From Chrysomallon squamiferum (lineage: Eukaryota > Animalia > Mollusca), in assembly GCA_012295275.1 (NCBI GenBank), contig CM022675.1:15934001-15998000 (forward strand): a stretch of DNA of 64,000 nt, read 5' to 3'. Positions 1-14,793 of this stretch are shown in pieces; within the stretch, counting starts at the first letter, position 1, and the number at the start of each line of letters is the position of its first letter. The notes beneath the pieces were generated by a model. The model saw nothing but the letters and a program-made list of their open reading frames with translations. It made no database searches and was not told where the DNA came from. Both the position numbers and the translations under genes were made by a program.

Positions 1-1352
1 CATTTTAAAAAAATCAATGTAAATAAATGTTTGAATTACTGAGATGAAAAACTTCATATTTAAAACATGACAGCTGACAGCCTATAGGAATGAACTGCAG
101 CAGCCCCAGGACTTTTCACATTCTAAACAAACATTACCCATGTGCCCTCAAACAATGACAATATAACCATTTGAACAATGTCAATAATAATGAGAGAAAA
201 AATGTGTAAAATACTTGGAAGTAAATCAATATAAAATCACAAACAATATATTTATAAATAATACAAAATATCACAATCAATATACATCGTAATTTTACGA
301 ACTGATTAACAAATAAGAAATTATCAGTAATTTTAACTGACTTTTTAAAAACAAATTATTTTAGAATCATCCTGATCTATCATTTCAAATTTGTGAATGT
401 TAGTAAACAAATCTCATCTAAATTCTTTTACAAAATCATCATTAAAAAGATAAAAATTAAAATTATTTAAAATAAAAGATTACAAGCGAAATCAACTTGT
501 ACTAGGTCAAATAAAACTAACAGAGGCAAACTGAATCAAACACCAAATCAATCTTATCAAACTGAATCCAAATAATACAAAAATTAAATCTTAAAAAAAG
601 ACACATTCCATATTTACTCATGTATAAGTCACAATATAAAACATTTTTTTTCAAAATTATTAAAAAAATGAATTAAATGATATATATATATATATATATA
701 TAAAATGCATTTGTATATCAATTAAAATTGAAGTATTAAGCTGACAAATAATAATTCACCATAAAGAGTTTTATATATATATAAAGTATGCACACACCCA
801 TATATATTGGCTGGTAATATACAACTGATAAAATAAACCCACATTTCTTGGGTCTATGAATAGCTTGCATCCCAAAGTTCTGTACTTTATTTAGTTAACT
901 GAAAAAAGATGGTGAAGCTTATATGTGAATAAATATGGCACCATTAAATACTGCAACTAGTACAACATTCTGCTGCAAGATATCAACTAGCTAGTAACTT
1001 TACAACATATATTCTTTAATTAAAGATATGTTCTGAATAAAAAACACAATCACCATATAGTATTAATTGAAATTTACTGGGGTTACTATCTATGAAAAAA
1101 CAAAATACACACACATAACATACAAGCTTGTCATTGTAAGAAGCCAGGGAATATAGAAGATATTATCTTTGTTTAAAAACTTATTTATATTTAACAGATC
1201 TTTGATGGCTATAGTAGTATTTCTGTGTTAATAATACATTAAATAAAAATAAATAAATATATAATAATAGTAGCTGTAGTAATAACAATAACAATAATAT
1301 TAATAATTAGTAATAATAATGATAATAATAATAATAAATGATGACGATGATG

Positions 1353-1383
<31 letters not shown>

Positions 1384-4083
1384 CAACAATAATAAATGGC
1401 TTTGGCTTGTGAATGTTCTGTGCTAGCAAGAACAAAGCTAACATTTCTATCACAGTTTTGTAATCAAAGCTTATTCTAGTGCAATATTGTCAGATATTAA
1501 ATACTAAATGAGGTTATGTTTTTGGTGTACTGCACCCCTCCAGTGATTAATATAAATGTAGAATATTTTCTGTTTTTTTTTTTTTTTGTTTATCTCCAAA
1601 GTAAATTTCCAGTATTATTTTAAATTATATTATATTATCTTATTATCATTGTAATGTAATTTGTATTAAAAGATTTAAGAGATATGGTAGGAAATATTTT
1701 AGGATTTTAAATATCAGATGATATACAAAATGCTCTGAAGGCTGGCTCAGACAAAGATATACTTCAAAGAATTTCCTTACAAAACAGTAAAACAGTAATT
1801 ATCCTGCCATTATCAACTATTCTAAACATCTAAAAAAATATGTCAAAAAATAAAAAAGTAAAAATTAAATACTGAAATATTTTCCACATCATAAATATAA
1901 ATTCTGAAACGAAACTGTTTCAGATATCTTTACTTCCAGTATTTACATTTAATACATTAATATGAACTTCTTGTTCCTGCCATAAAAGAGTTCTAATTAT
2001 GGAAATCACTATTTTTTTTACAGTACATTTGCAAGGTCATTGAGGTCAAATCCATCCTTAAAATGTCTCTTTTGTTTATACAATATTCAAAAAAACAAAC
2101 AAAGCAAACATAAAATGATACAAAAAAAAGAAAAAACAAGAAGATAAAATACAAATAAAATAGAAGTAATAAAATGAATATAAGCAAGTTTACTGTAACT
2201 AATCATAATTTATAAAAATCATAATGTATATTTAGAGAAAATTTTAAATGTAAACATGGACACTTGAAAGAGTTATTCCCAGCTTCTTACAACCATCTGT
2301 GATGCCACAGTTTTTCAAAAATCAGTTTGTAAAAACATTAAACTATTATCTGCATATATATATGTTAAAATAGCATCGAGTGTAAATAATTTAAAAAGTT
2401 AATAATATTAATATATGTTAATGATAATATCAAATAAAAATAAGAGAAAATAAAATACTAATAATAAATGTATAATTGAAAAAAAAAAGGTTCGATTTGC
2501 TGTTTTAGATTAGATCAGTTGACTATTTAGCTGTCAGGTCAGTATTGGCTAAAGAAAGGTGCCAGAATAAAGCAAAAATCTCTCAATAACAATACAGAAA
2601 AATCTGATCTAAACCACAACCATAATATCAGTATGCTTAACCATTTAACTATCAGTCTTGATCAACAGATATTAGAAAGGAAAGGTAATTGAATAATGGA
2701 AATATCTTTGAACAGTGAAACCACAATGTCTAATCTGAATAATAATCATTATAATATGTATAGTTGTTATATTATAAAGCTTGATAAAAATAAAATAAAA
2801 ATAAAAGGTACATCAACAATGAAAACATGAAGTCTAATCTAAATAACAGTTGTAATAATATGTATAAACATTTTATTAAACAGTTGTGTCAACAGATGTT
2901 AAATCTATCTGATTATCATTATAATCTAGATAGGAAAAAAAGAAGAAAAAAAAAGCAAAAAAATCTAAATAAAAAAAAAATAAAAAAAAATAAATGAATA
3001 ATAAAAAAATAAAAACAAAAATAAAAAAAAAAATAAATAAATAAATAAAATTAAAAAAATCTAATACATTGTTTATTAAAAAAATTATACAAAATAAACT
3101 TCTGTATTTTATCTTTTAACAAATCTTTAACAAATTCAGCAAAATACATAGAAAAAATTAGAACATCTTTCAGATTTTTATTGTTTTTGGAATGATTGGA
3201 CCGTGATAGAATCTTACAGACATGTATGTGAGGCACTTTGGCAAAATGAGGCTGCTAAATTAAAACATAATGAAGATATTTTCAAATGATACCAAGCCTT
3301 TTTGAAAACAGCAAACTTCTGAAAACTGGATAACCATAAACTTTTTACATTTAACATTAGTTAAAAATGCTGTATTGTGAAACATCCAGGGCATCAAACT
3401 AAATTATTTCCTTAGCAACTAAGCATTTAGAATTAAAGCATCAAAATACATTTTTTTTTATGTTAACTGTCCAATGAATGAAGCTGTCATTTCCTTACTA
3501 TCACATTATTAATTCATAAAAATAAATTTTTTGACATTTTTTCAGAAATAGTTAATTAACAAGGATATTCATTTTTCATTTTCAAGTTACTGTACTGTAG
3601 TTAGCAGTCATTTACCATGAAAAAAATCTAGCCAATCAGAACATGTCTAACAAACAAGTAGGCCAAATTTGTACCTATGCCTAATAAAACAACTTTTCTC
3701 TTTGGTTAATGTTGACTTGACAATTATTAGCCAGATTATTTATATTGTAATAAATTATAAAGAAAAAAATTTGATAATAAACAAAACAATAATCATTGCA
3801 AACTCCAGTAAATTTGGCATCAAAACATTTGCCAGTGTGCTTGCTTGATTAGAACCATATGTACAAAAATTTAAAAAAAATTTGTATTTGGGTAACAATC
3901 AACAAATTCTTGATAGAATTTTCACAGTTTTTTGAATAGATTATAATAAAATGATCTCCACCATTACCTGCCTCATTTTGTTAAACTGAAGTAGCCATTG
4001 TGTGTTTTTTACGTAATATTTTTGATAAATACAGTCTAAGTAAGCAAACACTGCCATTTTAGTAATGTTGTCTGCTTTGCAGT

Positions 4084-6192
4084 TTAGCTGGTCTTGCCAA
4101 AACAAGACAGAATGATGAGGAACAGATAAACAACGTCGATGTACAACTGCAGTGCGCCGTAGATGTATTCCTCAGGAGACATTTCAACCTTCCTCCCCCC
4201 CATAATCATCTGCGTGTCGTACACCAGGAACTGAAAAATAAAACCAGTTCATTTAAGTTTCATTTCTTCAAACTGCAGTAAAATAAAGACAATAATAATG
4301 TCCTTATTTCTAACATCACGATAACAATTTTAATTTTTACAACAGTGGCATAAGAAGTTCAATTTATTTACATTTTTAGCTTTTGGAATGATTTAAAAAT
4401 AAAGTCAGGTTTTAGAAATAAGATAAAATAATAATTTCAGTTTTACAACTGCAGAATAATTTCAGTTCTACAACCAAAATACAAAAATAATTTAAGGTTT
4501 TAGAAATAAGATAAAATAATAATTTCAGTTTTACAACTGCAGAATAATTTCAGTTCTACAACCAAAATACAAAAATAATTTCAGCTTTACAATCAACAGA
4601 ATAATTTCAGTTTCAGTTAATCAATATCACTTCTGTGAATCATAAAAAATAACTACAACCTTCACCCAGAGACCTGTATTCAATTTAGAATAATAGTTTA
4701 GGAAAATAAATTTTAAGAAACAGAAAGAATAAAAAAAGGAAGAAACAGAGTGAGAGATAGAGTGTGTGTGTGTGTGTGTATGTATGTATGTGTGTGTTGT
4801 GTGTATGTGTCTGAGTGTGTGTGTGAGTGTGTGTATGTGTATAAGTGTCTGTGTGTGAGTGAGTGTGTGTATGTGTATATGTGTGTGTGTATGTGTATAT
4901 GTGTGTGTGTGTGTGTGTTATGTGTGTGTGTGTGTGTATGTGTGTGTGAAAGGTGTCTATACTCACCAAACCAAAGACCAGAGCAGCCAATCCACCGTAC
5001 ACTGCATCAAGAATCTGAAAAACAGAAAACACATCTAATATTAATCTAAGTTAATCTATCACTTGAAACATAATAATATCCATTACTGCCTGAAAACAGA
5101 GATTCCGAGTTGTATTTCTTTTAAGATACAACATAAGGAGTCATTGAATCAAGCTCTGCATCTGGCCTATCTCACCAGATGCTCAAGCTCAAGATGAGAC
5201 GAAGTTAAAGAAAATACAACATTAAGTCACACACAATAACAACTGAAGTTATGACAGGCCTATTGTTGTACCCTCCATATATCTTGTAGTCAATGGATTA
5301 ACATTTAAAAGCTTTGAATACAGAATGAACTTCAGTTTCTTAGATTTCAAAATGTATAAATAATGAGGGAGAAAAAATTAAATACTTAAATAAATAAATA
5401 AAATAATAATAATAATAAAATAATATGAATGTGACTCAACTGAAAATTAAAAAAACAAAGATTAAACCCCACCCTCCAAAAAACAAAAGAAAAAACAACT
5501 GGAAACAAAAATGCCATAATAAATGTGATGAAATTATAAAACAACAACAACAACAAACTTACATAGTATAGCTAAATATATTGCTTTTTACGTCTTCATT
5601 TGAAAGTAAATCAATCATTTTAGTTTTAGGTGATAAGAATAATAATTCAAATAACAATTCAAATGTAATAATAGTAAATGAAAGCAAAAGGAATTTATAA
5701 AAATATAAAGACAAATACAAAATATAAACTAAAATAAAAAACAGAACATTAATTTAAAGATGGTAGTCGAAAACAAACTGAAATTTGAAACAAATTACTT
5801 GCATTGAAAACAAATACAACAACAAATACCTCATACTCTTACTAATTTTTTTCTTTGGTTTCTGAAAATGGTTTGAAAATTGTCTGCAGTTAAAAAAATT
5901 ACTTAGAAGAAGTCTAACATTACTTTTGGTTATTTTCTTCAGAAATGATGTACTATACTCCACTAGTAGTAGCAACAAAATCATTTATTTTGAACTGTGA
6001 TCATAATTCTTTGTCTTTTTTTTTCTGTGTGAACATCTCTCTTTGTATGTTTGTGCATGTCTGTAAGTGTGAATTTTTGTGTGTATGTTTATGCTTTGTG
6101 TTTGTAGCTGTGACTGTGTTAAATACATATTTGTGTGTGAGAAATTCTAATAGAGTATATAACAAAACAAAGATCAATCATTATATTTTATG

Positions 6193-6238
<46 letters not shown>

Positions 6239-7108
6239 CAACAAACATGATCCCTTTGCAGGTTTGCCATGCAATGAAAAAAACATGGTATTCTGCTTTA
6301 TTTGTAAAAACTTAGATACAAACATGTTTGAAGTTACAAGTAAATAACTTGTCAAAATATGCTTGAGTTATGGATGTGCTGAGATAATTTTAGATTGAAC
6401 AGAATTTTGTTTGTGCTTGGTTTCTGTTTTATGAATCTGCTGCAAATGACAACACATTTTCAATGAAAAACAAACCATAATATGCCATTTTCCTACCAAA
6501 AGTTATTGAAATGGATAAAATAAAATTTTAAAAAAAAATGACAGCTTTTCTCAGGATTTTTTCTGAAGTAACAGAAAATGTCTTTACTATGTTTTTCAGC
6601 TACAAGACTGATTAGTGACAAATAAAACAGTACTGACTATTTAGTTCACGGTTTAACAAAGCTTTTTCATGTATAGAATTACTGAGAATGTGTACATATA
6701 AAAAAAATAGTTTCAAGCTGACTGAAAGCTGTACATGAAATATAAACTTCTTTTGATTTAGACTCAGTTTCTTCATAAAGCTATTTCACTGTGTTTTGAA
6801 ATATTAAAATATCAAAACAACAGTGACAAAGATGAATTAACTTTACCCTTGAGTAACCGGCAAACTGGTAGACAAGGAGACAAGCCAATCCAAAGAAAAA
6901 GAGAACCATGACCAGCACAAAGAGAAGACCAGCACACATCGTGAAGTCAATCTGAAAAAATAACAATTTCTTAATTTTGTAACACTTGCAAGTATATTAT
7001 TTTTATTATTATTATTTTTTATTTTTTATTACTTATAAACAGAAGTTTGAAACTTGAGAAATTTAAATTAATCCATAATGTTTAAAGTAAAATGCTACCT
7101 CTGAAGGT

Positions 7109-7152
<44 letters not shown>

Positions 7153-10100
7153 GGATATTTGATTTACATGATTTAAATGTTAGATGAAATTAAGTGAACT
7201 TACTTTTGTCTGGATGGCAAACAGTGAGATTGAGAGACATACAAGAGCAGTAATTCCGACTGCAACCAAAACACTGTTGGTTGTGTAAAAACTAGAAATA
7301 AAAAATGTATAAATGATATTTTGATAACTAAATTTCAGATAATTAATTTATTGAACCAAGTATCCAATTGTATACTACTGACAATGATTTATAAAACGTT
7401 AGTGATCTTAGTTTTAAAATATAACTATTGATCATTACTTTTTTAGCCCTCTAAATGGTTTATGTGATTTAAAACAGCATGATTTAAAAATATTTCTGAA
7501 GTTATTGGAAATAATATTTGTTATCAAAAAAAAAAAAAGAAAGTTAAATGTGAAACTTTTCAACATTGTGTTTTTTTTATCAGAAATACATGTTTACCAG
7601 TATAAAAAAATGAAAAGAAGTTACACATGAAACCTTTCAACTTGTTTATCAGAAAATTAAACATTGCTGTTCCTCAACAGAACAGAATTTTTGGGGAAAT
7701 TTTGCACACTTACACTGCCCAGTGTCACCATGTATATGTGTCAGTAGTAAAGACAAAAGTCAAAACAAACCTTGAAATGGTTCCAACCATGTACGAGAAA
7801 GCAAGGGTCTGAAAAAGGGGAGAAAGTATTTCAGGGTTTTACTAATAAAATATTGTTAAATTATGAAAGAAGAAAATGCAACTGGCACTATTAAGTAAAA
7901 CAGCAAACAGAAACATAATATCAAATGTTAAATAAATTAAAAACCCAGGAAGTTTTCATGATTTAGATAAAAGATTCGAGACAAAATTATTAAGTATTTA
8001 TTCTAAAAATATTTTGATGCACATAAAGTGAAATAAATTTGATTTTTTTTTATTACTTTACGAAAATGAAAAAAAAAAAAATGTTGAAAAAAATCCCAGA
8101 AAACCTAGATATGTGTAGTGACTCTGTATTATGATATAACTGTTAATGAAAGTTATTAATTAAAAAAATTAAAAACAACTAAAATCACTTACGAATACTC
8201 CAAGACAGATGTAATTTCCAGGGGTTGCTCGCCTTTAAAATAAATAAAAAAACATTCAAGCCAGTGAACAAATTTAACAATCTGCTACATTTACTGTAAG
8301 GAAACTTTTTAAAATTTTATTTTATATTTAATGCCTGACTATTTAATATTACAGAGGAGAGAGACTAGCCTCAGAAAGAATAGCCTCCTTCGACTGTGTA
8401 GTTCTTGTTAAATGCTGAAACGGAAAATTTAAATAAGACTGAGAAATTTGAGTGACTGTAATAAACATTACAAGACACACAAGTCTGGTTCATTTGAAAC
8501 TGACTTTTAGTCCACTTCTATAAAAACTAAATGCCGTTAAGCAGATGAAGACAATATATCATTTGCAGAATATATTTCAGCGCTGGAAAAATGTATCTAA
8601 ATAAGCAGTTGGCAAAGTCGTTATAAAAGGGGTTGATAAAGTGGTCACTAAATACTGGGGTTAATTATGGTACTGATTATTCCAGTATAATAAACTTATG
8701 ATTATTTTCTTCTTCTTTTGAAATTATTGAAGAGTATTTACCCTTAAATAGATAAATGTATTATTGCTAATATTTATTTATTTGTTTTATATTCCTCAGA
8801 ATCAGTGAAAGATAAAGTATCTAAACAGATTGAAGACCTCTTTACTAAACTATGGTGTACTTGTCAGAAGAACATTACTAAAGCCAGCTGTAATTTAACC
8901 TTTGATGTGTGTCTCAGACTTACACAGAATAAAACAGATCTATTTCTATTAACTTTTAAAATAACTTATAAACTTACCGTACACTTGGAATACAGATCAG
9001 AACAAAGTATGTCACAAAAAATGTCGCACTGAAACACAATCCACATTGAAAATTGTCAAAATTAACTATATAAATATAAAGATAAGGTATATATATTAAA
9101 TATTTATGTTGTGTCTTCAAATGATTAACAAATTGCTAATTTGTATTTAAATATTTATCCTGTCTAAAAATTATCATCCAGCTGATAACTTGTATTTAAA
9201 CAAATATGCCATTTCTAAGAATGATTATTCAATTCATAATTTGTATTTAAATATTTACATTGTTTCTAAAAATGGTTATACAAATGAGAAGGAAGAAAAT
9301 CCGTTATCTTCTGTAATAATTATGGTTTTTTTTGTAAGTAAATTTAGGTGCTTTATAATAAAAGCAATGAATTAAACTTAAAAACATATAGGATGAAACC
9401 AGTAACAGCAAACAATGTGAATAACTGTACAGAAGGAAAATGAAATAAATGATATAAAATTAGCAATACGTACTATGATACATAGTAAAACCAGGCACCT
9501 GTAGTCTGAATCCAGTGCTTCAAAGGGTGACTGTAAAATCAAACAGAAAATTCAAATATTGGAATAGCTTGTTTGTATTAATTAAGGGGTGATGATCAGA
9601 TGAAAAGCTCATTTTGATCAACAATATACTAATTGGAGGACTTACATTTTTCTTTATTTAAAAACAGAAAATATTAACAAACAAATCTGAATAAAAGTCT
9701 GTCTGATATAACATGTTTTAACATTGATAGAGATGAGTTAATAAATATAAACAGATTAATATCAAAAACAAAATAAAAATAAAAATAAAATAAAAAATAA
9801 AAATTGGATGCCAGAAATACAGACTCTTGGGACTATTTGAAAATTCAATAACTTTTAAAATTTAACAAACTTCTGTGCATGTGTGTGCCTATTTGCACTT
9901 GCTGGCAAGTGCCTGACAGCTGTGCAATGACAAGTGATGATTTTGAAACTGCTAATCACAATAAATAAAGCATAATGAAAATACAACTCATCATTACTCC
10001 TCTTTAAATCTGAACTTTTTAAGAATAAGGAAACTTCAAGAATCTGACTCAGTCAAATCTCCAAGTGGTACAGATTTCCTAAATTTCTACCATAACAATG

Positions 10101-11786
10101 AGTTTCTAAAGAATCTAACAACCCAGTCCCAGGCAGTCCACATAATTGTTCTTTCTACTGTAATTATGTTTTCTAGTGAAAACACAGAAATGATTCTTAC
10201 AATGTAATAACTCATTTCCAACTAGGTTCATTATTTTCAGAATGAAAAATGATTGAAAAACGGAAACTCACATAAACATGAAGAGACAAATAAAAGCAAC
10301 AGTGACCAGTAGCTGCAGCATCAAAATCAAGTAAACCTACAACAGAAACATGCTTACTTAACATTTTTATTAAACTTTTTAAATTAAAATCTTTCCCATT
10401 TTAGCTCATTTATCTGAAATTAAATAACAAATGTAATTTCATAGTTAAAAGAACACATACCACTCAATGAGTAACACAAGTTAAATAACATGAACAATAA
10501 AAACATTATTTTAGTATTTTAAACAAACATAAATGTTGACAAATTATTAAAAAAATCTTGTTCACTAATTTTATATTTTAAACATTTATTATTCTTATTT
10601 TTACTGTTGTTGTTTTAATTTTAAATACTAATTAAGACTAATAAAACAAATTCTCAGTTTACCTTTCGGATGAACGCTCGTCTGATCGCTTTCTCAGAAA
10701 ACGAGTTGTTGCTAAAGATTGGTGTATCGTGATCCACTTCCGGTTCAGCCTCTGGGGCTGGGACACCAACCCCACCGTATGGTGAGTGCATCACTGGTGG
10801 GGGTGCACCGTATGGCGCCGGGGATGCACCGTACGGCGCTGGCATAGCTGGCTGAGGTGGTGGGTAAGCTGAAACAACCAAGGATAATGTGGAAATTCAC
10901 CTAAAAGTCCACTACACAGATAGCTGCTTATTTACCAGTGTGCTTGGTTTCAAAGCCATTTCAGGTGTTCAAAACTAATAACTACAAGTAATGATTTAGA
11001 TATCTCACTAATGGAAGGTGAGACATGTCTTGTTTAACACTATTCATATTATACAGTTACACGGCATCAGACATAAGGACTATTCAGTTAACAAGGGAGG
11101 GAACTTCTGACTCCTATTCATGGACTACTCTTTCTGAGACATTCTGTATGCTCCTTCCTTCACACTAGAGTCAGAAACTGTTCTATGAGGCCACCAAGAG
11201 GCACTAATCTAACAGCCCACTCAACTGTGAATCAGTTATTCAAACAAGTAACAAATACATAAAAATAATCAGTGAAGAAGGCTGCAGTGTATATGCTATC
11301 TTCAACTTTGATTTTAGACTTGAAATTATTACAACTTAATAATAAATGACTCCTTATATTTTTCTTTCCATTAATACAAACATACATGAACTGCAACAAA
11401 ATATATTTCTTTAAAATATATTTACAAATCCAATATGCTTGAAAAACAAACAAAATATATCTATGAATTTTTAGTTTGAAATACTGTTTAATTACCTTGT
11501 TTCTGTGGATCATTGTATGGTGAATATTAAATATTACATTTAAAAAACTGTTTAATTACCTTGTTTCTGTGGATCATTGTATGGTGAATATTAAATATTA
11601 CATTTAAAAATCTATTTAATTATCTTGTTTCTGTGGATCATTGTATGGCAAATATTAAATATTACATTTAAATATGGTTTAATTACCCTGTTTCTGTGGA
11701 TCATTGTATGGTGGACCAGCAAACTGAGGGTTGTTGTAGCCTGCAGCAGCCTGTTCATAAGTTGGAGGTGGTGGGTAGGAAGCCAT
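4084..11786 (-). CDS. Lifeguard / TMBIM family membrane protein (Bax inhibitor-1 superfamily; LFG/GRINA/FAIM2-like), 11 coding exons, 314 aa, apparently intact
   Basis: Minus-strand exons, all GT-AG and phase-compatible: 11786-11687 (MASYPPPPTYEQAAAGYNNPQFAGPPYNDPQKQ), 10868-10663 (Pro-rich...FSEKAIRRAFIRK), 10336-10272 (VYLILMLQLLVTVAFICLFMF), 9530-9474, 9028-8978, 8232-8193 (RATPGNYICLGVF), 7808-7771 (TLAFSYMVGTIS), 7291-7204 (FYTTNSVLVAVGITALVCLSISLFAIQTK), 6951-6847 (IDFTMCAGLLF...), 5014-4967 (ILDAVYGGLAALVFGL), 4230-4084 (FLVYDTQMIMGGRKVEMSPEEYIYGALQLYIDVVYLFLIILSCFGKTS*). Total 945 nt. The Pro-rich N-terminus, RRAFIRKVY, YDTQ, SPEEY and LYID motifs are hallmarks of LFG-type TMBIM proteins. 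Confidence 0.95.
4407..4580. repeat. Two-copy ~88-bp tandem duplication in the last LFG intron
   Basis: aggtttttagaaataagataaaataataatttcagttttacaactgcagaataatttcagttctacaaccaaaatacaaaaataattt occurs at 4407 and again at 4495. Confidence 0.9.
4761..4948. repeat. Imperfect (GT)n microsatellite
   Basis: Directly visible; it generates the spurious HT- and VC-rich ORFs. Confidence 0.95.
11025..11170 (+). mobile_element. Possible degenerate SINE-like interspersed repeat in an LFG intron
   Basis: GC-richer island (gtttaac...ttacacggcatcagacata...ggactattcag...gagggaac...ggactactctttc) resembling from memory an abundant gastropod interspersed repeat; not verified. Confidence 0.3.
11485..11715. repeat. 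Four-copy 63-64-bp tandem repeat spanning the 3' end and splice donor of the first coding exon of LFG
   Basis: atta(c/t)c(t/c)tgtttctgtggatcattgtatgg starts at 11491, 11555, 11619 and 11682; the last copy is the real exon/intron junction. Confidence 0.92.
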
Positions 11787-12975
11787 TTTAGAAATATGCT
11801 TTATCAAAGTAAAAACCTGTTGAAAAAAAAAAAAAAAAAAAAATTTCATATATTATTTTTTATTCAATTTTTAAATTTTTTGTTCACTTTGTTGTTATTA
11901 TTATTTTTGTTTATTTGACAAAAATGGCCATATTACATAAACATGGTTTGTTTTTTTAAACAGATCTATACAAATAACAATCGTAAGTTTATGTTACAAA
12001 TGGAAAAGGTAAAATTTCTTGATTTGTTGAAGGTATAAACCGCATCTATTACAGCTTTCTCACATTTTCTGTATAATCCAGCCAATGGGGTTAACTAAAA
12101 CATGGCATGGTGTAAGCTGGTACATTTCTTACAGTTTTGTTTTCTGTCCAAAATTTCCACTGGGAGAACTTGTAAATGGACCCTCATAAAAGAGTCAAAA
12201 AAAAAACTCACAAAAATGTAGAAATAAAATAAATGCAAGTTTAAGTTTTCTATCATTTTCAGTGTTGATGAACCACTCCTCAAAAATCAGATCAAAACTG
12301 ATCATGTGACTAGTTTTGATTACAAGGAATGTCCTTGCATATAAATATGGATACCCAATGACAGTGTTTGAAAAATAGGTTCATTTGAACAGTTTTACAA
12401 GAGAATGAGGGTTTACACAGCTTTATATTTGCTATCTTTATGTAGTTCTGCACTACAATAAAATATAAAATTGAGTAAAAGCTCTGCTAAAAAGGGGTTA
12501 GACCAAAACAGCAAGATAAGGCATTTGTGAAATGAAAAAAATATTATATCAATCAATAAAAATAGCTGATATTATTATTATCTTAAAATAGAAAGTAATA
12601 TTAATAAATAACCTGATGTTGGCTAATAATAAACAAAATTGTCACAATTATACTTATTTAATGTTATTATAACTATCATTATTACAGTAATCCGTATCAC
12701 TATCAGTGTATCACTATCAGTATCAGTGTATCTCTATCTGAAAATAAACAATGTTAGTTACTACTTATTTTACATTTTCTTTCGTTCTTCATATATGTTA
12801 TAATAAAAATTTAACAGTCGTTCTTTAGCCTTATCACATGATTATGATGACGGTAACCCGAAGCGTTACAAATAACTGAATAAATAACACAATATGATGA
12901 ATATCAACATGAATGTCAGAAGATAACACTGATAAAACAACAGCTAATGATTTTACGAATTTACATGTCTATTAT

Positions 12976-13400
12976 ACTCACATAAAGGTAAAACTTACTG
13001 TTAATGTTTATTTTACGTGGATGTGAAGAGCAGATCAATTTTCAAAACAAACCACACTTGAAAACGTACGGAAACTTGTAGAAAGGCGTTGTGCAATAAT
13101 GCGTCACTACAGCGTAGGCCAGCCCCAAATCCGGTCTAGTTCCCTAATTAAAAATTAGTTCCTGGATTTGGCCGCTTAAAAGAATTATGCTAATAATTTA
13201 TTGAATCTTTTAAAGCACTTTTTGGATATGTTGCTAATTAAAATGTACAAAATTCACATGAAGCTCTCTAAGTTTACTTTCGTTTATCAGATTAACCAAT
13301 TTCTCCTCCCGGATGTGCTATTATTAACTTGTGATTCATTCACCGGTGATCAGCGAAAATGTTTCTCGCATTTAAAACTCCTAATAGCATTATTATAACA
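12976..13400. promoter_or_regulatory. Probable promoter and 5'UTR exon of the Lifeguard gene
   Basis: Local CpG/GC enrichment (13060-13380) in a very AT-rich background. Minus-strand donor-like sites gtaagt (12998-12993) and gtgagt (12981-12976) could splice to the acceptor at ~11817 just upstream of the ATG. A CRE-like TGCGTCA lies at ~13100. Confidence 0.5.
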
Positions 13401-13647
13401 AGGATGAAATATTACAATGAGATAACTAAAGAGACTAAACTGAACCAGTTATGTGAAAATAAATTAGAAAACAAAAACAAAAAAACCCCAACTATCTGAA
13501 TGTAAAAAGCCATTTAAAGGCCCTTTTGTTTTCTATAATAAAAAAAAATTTTTTTTTTTATATATATTTTTTTATAATTAACTCACACACACACACACGA
13601 ATAAGTCAGGTAATTTAAAAAAATAAAATAAAAATGAACTGTTTCAG

Positions 13648-14762
13648 TATCTATTCTGGCACTCGAGTACACATATTCTTGGTGAAGCCATAGAAAAAAA
13701 AATGTGGAGGACCTCTTTGTTATGGATCACCAGTTGATAATGAGTTTTAGTTATTACTAAAACATGGCTTTGGATGGAAAGTGGGTAGATTACAGAATAA
13801 ACTGTTTGCTTATTTTGTTAAATTAAAATCCTGGGTTGTTGATTACGTTATATTTTATAAAATTCATGTATGTATGTATGTATGTATTTGTGTTTTTCCT
13901 GTGTAAAATTTTGTTTTAATAATAAAGTGAAACTGGATATATTTTATAAATTCATCTGATGTTAATTGTATTTGATTGTACAATTAATAAATGATTTCAC
14001 ACTTGTTTGCCAATGTTAACACTAACACAGCTGTTGCACTATTTTCCTTTTTGTTTAGTATTTTGCTATTTACTGCTGTCTGCAGTATTAAATATCAGGT
14101 ATGTAGTTTTATAATAACCTTTTTGTTTTCAGGCAGATTTCAAGCAATGAATTCAACAGTCTTGAAACAGTTTGTAAACGTATTGTGAAACTGAAACAGC
14201 AAATTGAAAGACTGCAACTGTAGAAGGAAGATGTATTCAAAATGTTTGAGGTATTAAAATTAATATTAGTCACCTCTAATACAGCATTTCAGAAATTGGG
14301 GCAAATATCATGAATGTAGGGGCAACAGTTTATAACATGAAATCAATTTTATTATAAAGAAATGAAATTTAAAAACATTTATGGTAGAATGCTGTGTAAT
14401 TAATCTGTTGAAGAATATTGGATAAGAACTGATTTTTATAAGATGTGGGATCCTTGTTATACATTCACTTAGATCTGCTTGTGGACTCTCTGGTTTAGAC
14501 TGGGATTTCTTGTGTTGTTACATATCATTAGTAAATAAAACTGGATAATAAAAAAAAAAAAACAACCCTTAACGTATATAGAATGTATTAATTTTCATCT
14601 TTTTACTTATGTTTTGTTTTCAGTACAGCTAATTCTAAGTGAGAATTCTGAATGAAAAAGTCACCTCTGATACTATCACTATTTACAAGTTACTTTTTTA
14701 TGATTTATTATTTAATATTCTTATTATTTTTCAAAACAGATAATTTTAAACTTTATTTATTA

Positions 14763-14793
<31 letters not shown>

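Noticed and set aside
1-4083. Short hydrophobic ORFs (1993-2187, 3051-3236)
   Set aside because: Low-complexity AT-rich 3'UTR or intergenic sequence; no motifs or splice-compatible exons.
4685-5049. 115-aa and 99-aa ORFs (HT-rich and VC-rich)
   Set aside because: Translations of a (GT)n microsatellite; only the 48-nt LFG exon inside is real.
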